A DNA stretch of 55,982 nucleotides. It comes from Phycisphaera mikurensis. Lineage in GTDB: Bacteria > Planctomycetota > Phycisphaerae > WQYP01. How positions within the stretch are numbered: position 1 is the first letter of the stretch; the number at the start of each line of letters is the position of its first letter. A program made the position numbers and the translations under genes. The DNA is taken from assembly GCA_022730455.1 (NCBI GenBank), contig DZDI01000004.1, positions 1 through 55,982 of the forward strand. Reading direction: 5' to 3'. The notes beneath the pieces are model-generated. The model was not told the DNA's origin and ran no database searches. It was given only the letters and a program-made list of their open reading frames with translations. Below, piece by piece: positions 1-9,337 of this stretch.

Positions 1-54
1 TCAAAGCGCAACTTTATGAAAAATATGGGGATATGTCTTAACTTAGTGGCATTA
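1..54 (+). mobile_element. Right end of a probable IS4-family element, truncated by the window edge
   Basis: An open frame KAQLYEKYGDMS* ends at TAA 39-41 inside CTTAACTTAGTGGCATTA (37-54), which resembles IS4-family terminal inverted repeats where the transposase stop overlaps the IR. Confidence 0.55.
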
Positions 55-104
55 ATAACGGTATCTGGATAACGGTACCTGACACCTTTTCGCGTGCCTT
101 ATTT

Positions 105-881
105 TCAGCCATGAAGGTCAAAGGGCTGGTAGCGCTGTTTCCCCGACAATACGACCGCCCAACCACACCGACCGCTCTGGTCCGGCCAGACGGTGACTGT
201 ATAGGGGCGGGAGATATTATGGCTACCGGGCAAGCGGGCCAACAGGTGAATGACAGTGCCCGAAGGACCGGTGCCGCGCGGGATTAAGCGCTGTGAAAAC
301 TGTAGCATCAGGCACGTTACAGGCCCCCGCTGCCACTGGGTTAACGCCGCGGGTTGGCCGGCAACAGTTACCGCCGCGAAGCCTATGAGTTTGAAGCCGC
401 CATAATTATAAAGCTCTACCGGGAACGGCATGGCAGGCAAGGCCTTCTGGAGGGAGGCCATCGTGACGTTACCCGGCGCTAACATGGGTTTATTAAGATA
501 TAATCCCAAGCTTTGCCATGCTAGGGATGTCAGCACATTTTGTCGCTGCGATTGTATCCAGAATCTTACACCTGCCAAAGCGGCTATCAGCAAAGCGGCA
601 GCGACCGCCCAAGGTACCAGACGGCGAATCATGAGTTGGAGATTTCCGGATTTATCCTCGGGAATCTTAAGTAGGCGTTCAGTCAAATCGCCCGATGGTT
701 CAGGCTGTGCCGCAGCTAAGTCCAAGCGCAGTTTTTCCTGTTCCGCCAAGGCGGCGAAGTAATAATCGCGGATATCCTCCGGTGCTGCCGCTACCAGGCG
801 ACTTAGTTCGCGGCGGTGCGGATCATCCGGCGGAAGAACGCAGTAATGATCAATAATGTTGCGCAACTCAAGAGAATTCAT
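105..881 (-). CDS. Putative single-pass membrane anti-sigma factor
   Basis: Overlaps the ECF sigma stop (ATGA); short cytoplasmic N-terminus, one TM helix (LVPWAVAAALLIAALAGV), extracytoplasmic C-domain. Confidence 0.7.
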   Translation of the reverse strand: MNSLELRNIIDHYCVLPPDDPHRRELSRLVAAAPEDIRDYYFAALAEQEKLRLDLAAAQPEPSGDLTERLLKIPEDKSGNLQLMIRRLVPWAVAAALLIAALAGVRFWIQSQRQNVLTSLAWQSLGLYLNKPMLAPGNVTMASLQKALPAMPFPVELYNYGGFKLIGFAAVTVAGQPAALTQWQRGPVTCLMLQFSQRLIPRGTGPSGTVIHLLARLPGSHNISRPYTVTVWPDQSGRCGWAVVLSGKQRYQPFDLHG

Positions 882-1456
882 GATCCGTCTCCAGTATTTT
901 TGGCTTTCCTGGTCGCTGCGTCCTGACCGGCATGTAGGTGATCGGCAGCAATGGATGCCCGCAGCGATTGCTTGGCGCGGAAAAGGCGCGACAGCAGCGT
1001 GCCCAGAGGAACGTTCAATTCCCGTGCGGCCGCTTCACAACTCAGCCCCTCTGAATAAACCATAAGAAACGGCTGCTTGAAACGTATATCCAACCGGTCC
1101 AACCCCACTTGGAGGACTTCGCGCTTTGCAATATCGGATGACGTATACATTTTGTCGGCCAGTTCGGCGGCTTCTTCCAGCGGAACAGTCCGTACCATGC
1201 GGCGCTTGTTCAAGGTGCGGAAATGCCGCCGTCTTAAAATCTGAAATAGCCAGCCTCGCAGTGCGTTCTCATCCCGCAGGGTGTGAATGGAACGCCACGC
1301 GTGCAAAAAAGTCTCTTGGACGAGATCTTCCGCACCGCCATCCCGCCCACAAAGCCGAACTGCATAATGAAACAGCTCCTGCGCATGCTGTTCGACAGCT
1401 CGTTCATAAAAGGTGCGGCCAAGGGCGGGATCAGTCATACATCCACGTTCATCCAT
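878..1456 (-). CDS. ECF-family RNA polymerase sigma factor
   Basis: Region 2 AEDLVQETFLHAW...LRGWLFQI and region 4 EGLSCEAAARELNVPLGTLLSRLFRAK. The ORF-track TTG start at 1477 lies in the MITE; the real start is probably ATG 1456 or 1438. Confidence 0.92.
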   Translation of the reverse strand: MDERGCMTDPALGRTFYERAVEQHAQELFHYAVRLCGRDGGAEDLVQETFLHAWRSIHTLRDENALRGWLFQILRRRHFRTLNKRRMVRTVPLEEAAELADKMYTSSDIAKREVLQVGLDRLDIRFKQPFLMVYSEGLSCEAAARELNVPLGTLLSRLFRAKQSLRASIAADHLHAGQDAATRKAKNTGDGS

Positions 1457-1459
1457 CCA

Positions 1460-1601
1460 GTAACCGTTCACGGGCAAAAGTGGCGAAACTTATTAAATAA
1501 CCGGTGTTTTTTGCGATGCAGGCCTATTTTAGGTCTGCTCTTTGCGCATTAGTCCTATATTATCAGTTGAATTCCATTCCTTTTGCCCCGTGAACGGTTA
1601 C
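1460..1601. mobile_element. MITE with IS66-like (GTAA...) terminal inverted repeats
   Basis: GTAACCGTTCACGGGCAAAAG (1460-1480) and CTTTTGCCCCGTGAACGGTTAC (1580-1601) are inverted repeats differing by a 1-nt indel; flanks ATCCATCCA / ATCCACCCA (8 of 9 identical); AT-rich non-coding interior. Confidence 0.8.
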
Positions 1602-1656
1602 ATCCACCCATTTGCACCGGCGGAACCCTAGTTCCTGCTATATCGGAAAAACCGCA

Positions 1657-2292
1657 CTAGGCCGATATATTCTTCATCGTTGCTGTCTGCCGACGGCGTA
1701 AGATCAGTAATGCCGCCCCACCCATGGCCCCCAATAGCAAGGCGGGGGTTGGCTCGGGTACCGGCTGCACCTGGAACTTTGCGCCTGCGTCACTAAACGG
1801 CGCACCCGCATATACGAACGCTGTCAGCACCGATGGATGAATACCGTTGAATGAGTACATGGAATTTCCAAATACGGAAGCTGGCGCATCGGGTGTGGTA
1901 AAGGAGAAACCCGACAGGATCTTTCCGGCATCCAGATAGCCGGCTGAGCTGGTGGCTTGCCACTCAATCGAAGCCCCCTGCTCTGCTCCTCCCACCGACT
2001 GGGAATCCGGGCCGTTTTCCCATCCGGTGGGGGCAGAAACGACAGTGGGATTGCTGGCCAGATAACTCTGGCCGGGAACCCAAGAGAACCAAAATGTGCC
2101 GATTGTGCTACCTGATGTGCCCGTATTGGTGAGCGATAAATCATAGGTATAAGAACCGGCGCTATGGGAACCCAAGGTGATTGTTGCACTGGCGGTTTCG
2201 GCAGCGTCGACGTTGGCCGGTCCAACAAACGCCACTGTGGCTGCCAAGGCAACCCCCGCGGGAAGGATTGAGTTTTTCAATGTGCTGAACAT
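1657..2292 (-). CDS. PEP-CTERM sorting domain protein
   Basis: Signal peptide, S/T/G-rich body, C-terminal VPEPTPALLLGAMGGAALLILRRR. Confidence 0.9.
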   Translation of the reverse strand: MFSTLKNSILPAGVALAATVAFVGPANVDAAETASATITLGSHSAGSYTYDLSLTNTGTSGSTIGTFWFSWVPGQSYLASNPTVVSAPTGWENGPDSQSVGGAEQGASIEWQATSSAGYLDAGKILSGFSFTTPDAPASVFGNSMYSFNGIHPSVLTAFVYAGAPFSDAGAKFQVQPVPEPTPALLLGAMGGAALLILRRRQTATMKNISA

Positions 2293-2555
2293 AGGAGACC
2301 TTTCTACTTAAAAAACATGACTCAGTCGCAATCAGACAAAATTGCGTTGTACCACCTTAGTAGTGCCGACCAGCAGTTGATTTATTCCCGTCGATTATAA
2401 ACTTTTCACCGTAACGCGGACATGGCGGTGCCGGCCACGTTACACGCCCGGGTGCATGACGCTTGACGCCTGGCTTTTTAGCAACTTGGCTTATACCGGC
2501 GTGCCGGGAATAGGAAAAAAGATGCCAATGATTTGAGGATCCACCATTTAAATTC

Positions 2556-2979
2556 TTAGGCGGTCATTTGCTTAGGGACAAGAATTTTCAGGCGGATTTG
2601 CGGCTCGTATTGGCGCTGCCGGATGATACGTTTTTCGCTTGGCAGCCGCGCTGGAAGAGGCCGATACATTCGTTTGAACACCGCCACCGCGGACACTTGC
2701 CCCCATCCTGCCAGTGTAATGCGGGTCGCGGATTCCTGCAGAGAGCAGCCATCGGCAAGGTGCAAAAGCAGCATCCGGAGCAACGCCGACGGGTTCTTCA
2801 CGCTCCGCGTTCGACGCAAGGCTCCGAGCTCTCTGGCCTTGGATTCCCAGCCACCGGGCATCAGTTTGACCAAGAATCTCCACTGTTCGTCCGCTCGTGC
2901 CATCCATTGCTGCATGTTTTTCATGCAAACCGATATACACACATTCAGTGCAAGACGTAGAATTAAGTTAGCGCCTCTG
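2556..2979 (-). pseudogene. IS4-family transposase N-terminal remnant with left IR
   Basis: WRFLVKLMPGGWESKARELGALRRTRSVKNPSALLRMLLLHLADGCSLQE...SAVAVFKR resembles an IS4 transposase N-terminus; no DDE domain follows; IR-like CAGAGGCGCTAACTTAA at 2979-2963. Confidence 0.7.
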
Positions 2980-3073
2980 GGGGCATCCCCTTGGTTACTG
3001 CGCCGAGGGCACCAGACATTAGTGCTCTGTCACGCCGACAAATTAGGGGCCCACCCTGAGTTTCTAGCCGCGG

Positions 3074-3102
3074 TTGATCGTCGAATCTTTTAGTTATATT
3101 AT
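3074..3102 (+). promoter_or_regulatory. Putative sigma70 promoter giving a nearly leaderless mRNA
   Basis: TTGATC-N17-TATTAT ending 8 nt before ATG 3111; no SD visible. Confidence 0.4.
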
Positions 3103-3110
3103 CCGCAGAT

Positions 3111-6100
3111 ATGACGAAGAGCACCCAATTGCCACAAATTGTTGATACTTCAAGCCTTGTGCCGCCTGCAGTGAGCGATAGCGGTGAGTACTCGGACGCG
3201 ATTAAAGCCTTATTGGAAGTGGATGTGGGCGAAGTGCGACTTAACGCACTCGACCGGCGGCTGTACGCTACAGACGCTTCGAACTACCAGGTGGAGCCTC
3301 TGGCGGTGGTCATCTGTAAAACGCCGGAGCAGGTTTCTCGACTGGCGGCATTCTGCCAGAAATACCATCTACCGCTGCTGCCGCGGGGTGGAGGCACGAG
3401 CCTCGCCGGCCAATGCACCAACCGTGCAGTGGTGGCGGACCTGTCCGGACCCTTTCGGCAGATATTTGGTGTTGACCGCGACGGGCGGACTTGCCGAGTC
3501 CAGGCCGGCACCACCATTGACGACGTGAACAATTATCTCAAATCGCAAGGCGAGGATCTATTTTTCGCACCCGACCCGGCCACCTTAAGCCAAGCCACCA
3601 TTGGGGGTTGCATTGGCAACAATGCCGCTGGAGCCCGATCGTTGCGCTATGGCCGAACGAGTGAAAATATTACGACACTTGAGGCCGTGCTGGCCGATGG
3701 CACAATGGTTCAATTTGCACCGGGGGCGGGAAGAAGCAATCAGCGAGTTGCAGATCTGGCAACGGCTGTGGCAGCCGTGGTGCTTAAGCATCGGGAGACC
3801 ATACGCAGCAGGTTTCCACGTTTGAATCGGCGCAATGCGGGCTATGCGCTCGATATGATCCTCGATCAACTGGACGCGGGATGCCAACCCATTGATCTGA
3901 ATCTGGCACCTCTCATATGCGGCAGCGAAGGTACTTTGGCTATCGTCCTGGCGGCAACGCTTAAACTTTGGCCGACACCCAAAAGTCGCTCCCTGTATCT
4001 CCTGCGTTTTGCGTCCTTGGATGGCGCTATTGCCGCCGTGTCTCCTCTGTTGAAATTACATCCAACAGCCATTGAGCTCATGGACAATATGGTATTGCAG
4101 GCAGCCGCATTAAACACTGCAGCGACAGCCATCATGCATGAACTTGGCATAGTGAACCCCGCAGGCCAGAGTGCGGGGGCCGCAATAGCCGCCGTGTTAT
4201 TGGTGGAATTTCAGCATGATCGCGATGCCTCCGCCGACGCGGAACCGGGCGAACTGGAATCGCGAATGCGAGCCGTGGCTGGTGTTACAGACATGGAAAT
4301 ACTCGATGCACAAAAACAGTCGAGCGCATGGCAATTGCGGCGCAGCGCCGAGGCCCTGCTCCACGCATTTTCCGCCGATACCAAGCCTGTCACGTTCGTC
4401 GAGGACAACGCCATCCCCGTTGCGCAATTATCGCATTTTGTTCATGGTGTTGAAGAGATTGTTTCCCGGCACAACACATCGGCGGCATACTACGCGCACG
4501 CATCAGTAGGCGTTTTGCATATTCGCCCCCTGCTGAATTTGCATTCAGCCGACGGGCGCGAGGCCATGGTAAATATCGCTGTTGAAGTTGCGCGTCTGGC
4601 ACGCGATTGCGGCGGCGTGATGTCGGGTGAGCATGGTGACGGGCGTGTTCGAGGGCCTCTGCTGGAAGAGTTTTTCGGCTCCGAAATCATGGAAGCATTT
4701 GTCAAGATCAAACAGATTTTTGATCCGGCAGGAATATTAAATCCCGGGATGATCGTGGGCGCCGGCAAACCGGCTTCCATCGCGCAGCAGTTGCGATTCG
4801 ATCAGATAAGTCCGACGGCGGTATCGAAACTGCAGCCCATTTTCGATTACGCCGAACAAGGCACCTGGGTAGGGGCCGTGGAGATGTGCAACGGCGCGGG
4901 TTTTTGCCGCAAACTGGGCCCGGGAACCATGTGCCCATCCTATCGTGCCACACTTGATGAAAAACATTCTCCGCGCGGCCGGGCCAATGCCCTGAACTTT
5001 GCAATGCTCTCGCCGGTAGGCGAACCGAAACTCAATGACCCCGACACTCTTGCCACACTCGATTTGTGTCTGTCGTGCAAGGCATGCAAGACTGAATGCC
5101 CCAGCAATGTGGATATCGGGAAATTGAAGGCGGAGTATTACGCCGCGACGTACCGGGCGGTTGGGCATATTCCGCTGGCTGCGCAGTTTGTCGGCCGAAT
5201 CCGATTGCTGAATCAGCTCGCCAGCTACATGCCGCTGATTGCCAATGGCGTAACACAGGCCGGATGGTTTCGGCGGTGGATACTCCCTCGCCTAGGTATT
5301 ACGCCCGAGCATCCGCTGCCGCTGTTTCAAAAACACCTGCAACGGCGATTGCGACAAGCTGGGATTCCGAGCCGAAGACCGGGCCGTCCGTGCGTTGTAC
5401 TTTTTTTAGACTGCTTCACGGGTTATACCGATTCACCTGTTGGTGTGGCGGCAGTGAATCTGCTGCAGCGGATGGATTATGATATTGTCGTTGCCAATGC
5501 TGGCTGCTGCGGTAGAAGTATGATGTCCGTGGGCATGCTGGAAATGGCACGTGACACGGCAACCAGGACGCTGCGGCGATTGCATTCCTACGCCCGAGAG
5601 TTAGCACCGGAGGCGATTTTATTTTTAGAACCGTCCTGCCAAAGTGCGGCCATCGACGACTGGAAAGTTTTATTGTCCGCAGTTGATAGAGAGAAGCTCA
5701 CCTCCTTGCCACCCCTGCTTTCAGTTGAAGAATTTGTTGCCCGGAGAACGGATCTGCTGAAACACAATAAGCGCACGTCCGCGTTGATGACGCCGGTTAT
5801 CTTCCACGGCCACTGTCACCAGAAAGCACTTTGGGGCACGCAGGCGATGCAACAACTCCTGTCGCAATTCGCCGACGGTCACGGGCAGATTTTACCGACA
5901 GGCTGTTGCGGATTGGCCGGGGCTTTCGGATACGGGCTCAAGCGGTACGAAGTCAGCAAGGCAATATTTGCCGCACCGGAATTTGATCCCATACGCCGTT
6001 CCAATGAGACCGACATGATTCTGGCCAGTGGTACATCGTGCCGTGCACAGATTCGTCATCTATCCGGACGCAACGCGATGCATCCCGTTGAATGGCTCGA

Positions 6101-6128
6101 CGAAATCTCACGCCCCGACAACGGCTGA
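3111..6128 (+). CDS. FAD-binding / Fe-S oxidoreductase (GlcD-GlcF fusion, YdiJ/D-2-hydroxyacid dehydrogenase-like)
   Basis: PRGGGTSLAGQ, GSEGTL, SGEHGDG, CNGAGFC...MCPSY, CLSCKACKTECP, C-terminal CCG motifs. Confidence 0.92.
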   Translation: MTKSTQLPQIVDTSSLVPPAVSDSGEYSDAIKALLEVDVGEVRLNALDRRLYATDASNYQVEPLAVVICKTPEQVSRLAAFCQKYHLPLLPRGGGTSLAGQCTNRAVVADLSGPFRQIFGVDRDGRTCRVQAGTTIDDVNNYLKSQGEDLFFAPDPATLSQATIGGCIGNNAAGARSLRYGRTSENITTLEAVLADGTMVQFAPGAGRSNQRVADLATAVAAVVLKHRETIRSRFPRLNRRNAGYALDMILDQLDAGCQPIDLNLAPLICGSEGTLAIVLAATLKLWPTPKSRSLYLLRFASLDGAIAAVSPLLKLHPTAIELMDNMVLQAAALNTAATAIMHELGIVNPAGQSAGAAIAAVLLVEFQHDRDASADAEPGELESRMRAVAGVTDMEILDAQKQSSAWQLRRSAEALLHAFSADTKPVTFVEDNAIPVAQLSHFVHGVEEIVSRHNTSAAYYAHASVGVLHIRPLLNLHSADGREAMVNIAVEVARLARDCGGVMSGEHGDGRVRGPLLEEFFGSEIMEAFVKIKQIFDPAGILNPGMIVGAGKPASIAQQLRFDQISPTAVSKLQPIFDYAEQGTWVGAVEMCNGAGFCRKLGPGTMCPSYRATLDEKHSPRGRANALNFAMLSPVGEPKLNDPDTLATLDLCLSCKACKTECPSNVDIGKLKAEYYAATYRAVGHIPLAAQFVGRIRLLNQLASYMPLIANGVTQAGWFRRWILPRLGITPEHPLPLFQKHLQRRLRQAGIPSRRPGRPCVVLFLDCFTGYTDSPVGVAAVNLLQRMDYDIVVANAGCCGRSMMSVGMLEMARDTATRTLRRLHSYARELAPEAILFLEPSCQSAAIDDWKVLLSAVDREKLTSLPPLLSVEEFVARRTDLLKHNKRTSALMTPVIFHGHCHQKALWGTQAMQQLLSQFADGHGQILPTGCCGLAGAFGYGLKRYEVSKAIFAAPEFDPIRRSNETDMILASGTSCRAQIRHLSGRNAMHPVEWLDEISRPDNG

Positions 6129-6304
6129 AACGTGTCGCGTGAGGCAGCCGCTACGAACCGCATTTCATCGCCCAAAGACATCGGGTACCCCCTGTTGGGA
6201 TGGCGCTGGTTGATTCTCGTCGATAGCGAATCGATTCTGGGCGCTTTCCCTGCATCGGGTTTAAGGGTGTATACTTAAGGGGAGTATTGGCAGGAGAATA
6301 CCCC

Positions 6305-6574
6305 ATGCACAAGATCACGCTGATGATTAAACCGGGCGACACTGCATGCCTGGCGGCCCGACGGGTGATTGATTTAATCGTCACACCCCACGTGGCGGCT
6401 CTGATAGAAGAAGTCGATGTCACACAGGATGCGGAGCTACAGGCTGAGTATGGCACGGATGTACCCGTGGTGCTGGTGGACGATGTTGTGGAATTTCGGC
6501 GGAGTATAGATCCGGAACGGCTTGCCCGGCTTTTTTATGATGACCTCGGTGAGCGGTTTGCGGGCATCAGTTAG
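6305..6574 (+). CDS. Glutaredoxin-like (DUF836-type) protein
   Basis: AGGAG RBS; KPGDTAC...EEVDVTQDAELQAEYGTDVPVVLVD pattern. Confidence 0.75.
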   Translation: MHKITLMIKPGDTACLAARRVIDLIVTPHVAALIEEVDVTQDAELQAEYGTDVPVVLVDDVVEFRRSIDPERLARLFYDDLGERFAGIS

Positions 6575-6614
6575 CGTTTACCGGTCTATTTGATGGCTTA
6601 ATGACCGCTCATAT

Positions 6615-7046
6615 ATGGGAAATGTGGGACGACCAGCGATGGAATGTAGAATCAATTTGCGCGTTCGATATGTCGAATGTGATCCCATGGGGTATCTGCA
6701 CCACTCCAACTATCTGCCGTATCTGGAGATGGGCCGCACCGAACTGTTTCGTCAAAGTGGCGGCGATTACCGCACATTGGAATCGGAGGGATTCTTTTTT
6801 GTCGTTACCAAATTAAGCATTCAATTTAAGCGCCCAGCCCGGTTTGATGATGAGTTGGAGGTTATCACCCGGGTTGTCCGCAGGACACATGTGCGCATTG
6901 ACCATGACTATGACATATTTAATACAACATCCCGTATTTTAATTTCCACAGCATCGAGCACCATTGCCTGCGTAGACCGCAGCGGACAACTGATACCGAT
7001 ACCTGATAAAGTCAGCTTTCAGCCGATTGATGGCGCGGCAGGCTGA
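6615..7046 (+). CDS. Acyl-CoA thioesterase (YbgC/4HBT hot-dog family)
   Basis: RVRYVECDPMGYLHHSNYLPYLEMGRTE, FKRPARFDDEL; start may be ATG 6639. Confidence 0.9.
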   Translation: MGNVGRPAMECRINLRVRYVECDPMGYLHHSNYLPYLEMGRTELFRQSGGDYRTLESEGFFFVVTKLSIQFKRPARFDDELEVITRVVRRTHVRIDHDYDIFNTTSRILISTASSTIACVDRSGQLIPIPDKVSFQPIDGAAG

Positions 7047-7051
7047 CCGCC

Positions 7052-8401
7052 ATGGCTCCGGCAAGCGGCATACCCAATGGGTCCACGGACACCCAGTTTG
7101 ATCTGCTCATCATCGGCTCCGGGGCAGCCGGCATGATGGCTGCGGTCACCGCAGCGAGCACACTGGATTCATCAGGGATTGCAAACGTCCGGATTGCTAT
7201 TCTCGAAAAAAATACCCGACCTGGAATTAAGGTTCTCGTCTGCGGTGGCGGGCGATGCAATTTGACCAATGCTGGCGACGTGAATTTTCTCATCGCACAA
7301 TTCGGACGTAACGGACGGTTTCTTACTCCGGCACTCAGGCACATGGACAACGACGGCCTGCGTCAATGGTTTGCCGACCGGGGCGTGGCCACGCATGAAG
7401 AGCATGATGGAAAGATCTACCCCGACTCCAATAAGGCAAGTTCCATTGTCGATACACTGGTTGACACCATGCGTACCGCAGGAGTGCATATACTCTCGCA
7501 GTGTGCGGCCGTTGAGGTAGAAGTTTTGCCGTGCGGTGCCTTTTCGATCCGAACATCCACTTCGCAATCGCTGACGACCCGCCATTTGCTGATCTGTTGC
7601 GGCGGACAGAGTTACACCCGCATGGGTACTACGGGAGATGGCTACCGCCTCGCTACGGCGTTAGGTCACCATATTGTGACGCCCCGGCCGGCGATTGTGC
7701 CGTTACTGGTTAAAGAAGCATGGGTCGCTGATTTGCAGGGGCTCGCCGTGTGCGATGTCAAGGTCAACATCGAGGCCCCCGGCCCCCTGCCGGTACTGGC
7801 CACGGAAAAACCCACACCAAGTATTAACGATTTGCTGTTTACGCATTTTGGTCTTTCCGGCCCGGCGGTTTTAAACCTGTCAGAAGTGGCCGCCGAACTC
7901 TTGGAAGGCTTCTCCGCGATAGCTCTGAGGGTGGATTTTTCGCATCGCGTAAGCCATGAACAATGGCGGACTTTCTTTGCCAACTGGCGACGACAACATG
8001 GTGCACGGCTGGTCAAAACTCAATTGGCTGCAACTATTCCGGCTCGACTGGCCAGCATGTTTCTACATCTCACCGGCACACCGGAAAGTACACTCTGCAG
8101 TGCCGTTACGAACGCTCAGACGCACCAGATAATAGAATGTATTAAAAACACCAAGTTTACAGTGTACGCCACCCGCGGCTTCAAGGAAGCGATGGTAACG
8201 GCGGGCGGTGTGAGGCTGCGGGAAGTGAATCCCGACACCATGGAATCGCGCATCTGCAGCAATCTGTTTCTGGCCGGAGAGGTGCTGGACCTCACAGGCC
8301 CCAGCGGCGGTTATAATTTACAATTGGCGTTTTCGACAGGATGTCTGGCGGGGGAATCCGTCGCCGGAAAAATTATTCATAGCAGACAGGAGCACCATTG
8401 A
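7052..8401 (+). CDS. HI0933/BaiN-family flavoprotein oxidoreductase
   Basis: IIGSGAAGMMAA, GGGRCNLTN, GTTGDGY, LFTHFGLSGPA, VTAGGV, GGYNLQLAFSTG. Confidence 0.92.
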   Translation: MAPASGIPNGSTDTQFDLLIIGSGAAGMMAAVTAASTLDSSGIANVRIAILEKNTRPGIKVLVCGGGRCNLTNAGDVNFLIAQFGRNGRFLTPALRHMDNDGLRQWFADRGVATHEEHDGKIYPDSNKASSIVDTLVDTMRTAGVHILSQCAAVEVEVLPCGAFSIRTSTSQSLTTRHLLICCGGQSYTRMGTTGDGYRLATALGHHIVTPRPAIVPLLVKEAWVADLQGLAVCDVKVNIEAPGPLPVLATEKPTPSINDLLFTHFGLSGPAVLNLSEVAAELLEGFSAIALRVDFSHRVSHEQWRTFFANWRRQHGARLVKTQLAATIPARLASMFLHLTGTPESTLCSAVTNAQTHQIIECIKNTKFTVYATRGFKEAMVTAGGVRLREVNPDTMESRICSNLFLAGEVLDLTGPSGGYNLQLAFSTGCLAGESVAGKIIHSRQEHH

Positions 8402-9318
8402 TCCCTGACCGCCGCGACCTTCAAACGGAACAGCCCAACCCGTATTCCGCCAATTTGGATGAGCTGAGTGTCACCGATGCTCTGCGTTTAATGGATGCTG
8501 AAAATATCCATGCGGTGGAGGCGGTGAAGGCTGCGCACAGGTCGATTGAAACCGCAGTGATGTGGGCAACGGAGACGCTGCGTCATGGCGGTCAAATCAT
8601 TTATTCGGGTGCGGGAACCAGTGGTCGACTGGCAGTATTGGATGCCGCTGAATGCCCCCCAACTTTTTCCAGCGATCCCCAGCAAGTTGTGGCCATTATT
8701 GCCGGAGAGGATGCGGCTCTGCGACAATCGATTGAGGGGGTGGAAGATGATTTTGATGCCGGCGTACGGGCTGCCGATGACCTGCAGCTTGATAAAGATG
8801 ATTTGCTCATTGGTATCGCCGCGGGCGGCACAACGCCGTACGTTCACGGATCGCTTTCGGCTGCACGCTCGGCCGGCGCCAAGACTGTTTTTATGGTATG
8901 CACGGATCCATCCCCGTTGTCATCCGCAGCGGATCTGATCATCTATCTTGCGACTGGTCCGGAAATAATCACCGGCTCCACCCGTCTGAAGGCGGGTACC
9001 GCCACCAAACTTGCCTTGAACGCCATCAGTACTTTGGCGATGGTGCAAATGGGCAAAGTCTTTGGCAACATGATGATCGATGTGGATGCCGGGAAAAATG
9101 CCAAATTATGGGATCGTGCGGCACGCATGATTGAAGCCATCACCCGGCTAACCCGGTCTGATTCGCTGCAGTTGTTGCAAAGCGCGGATGGCCGGGTTAA
9201 GCGGGCGTTGGTGATGTATCACCGCGGTGTTTCTTCGGAAGCGGCGGATCACCTGCTGACGGATAATCAAGGGCGACTGAGAGATTTGCTCACCCCGCCG
9301 CCCACACGCAATATCTGA
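8398..9318 (+). CDS. murQ: N-acetylmuramic acid 6-phosphate etherase
   Basis: TEQPNP, GAGTSGRLAVLDAAECPPTF, GPEIITGSTRLKAGTATK. Confidence 0.95.
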   Translation: MIPDRRDLQTEQPNPYSANLDELSVTDALRLMDAENIHAVEAVKAAHRSIETAVMWATETLRHGGQIIYSGAGTSGRLAVLDAAECPPTFSSDPQQVVAIIAGEDAALRQSIEGVEDDFDAGVRAADDLQLDKDDLLIGIAAGGTTPYVHGSLSAARSAGAKTVFMVCTDPSPLSSAADLIIYLATGPEIITGSTRLKAGTATKLALNAISTLAMVQMGKVFGNMMIDVDAGKNAKLWDRAARMIEAITRLTRSDSLQLLQSADGRVKRALVMYHRGVSSEAADHLLTDNQGRLRDLLTPPPTRNI

Positions 9319-9337
9319 TATCGGATAAAATCATTGC

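Noticed and set aside
2512-2530. Sigma54 promoter for the PEP-CTERM gene
   Set aside because: TGGCAT-N5-TTCC lacks the essential -12 GC
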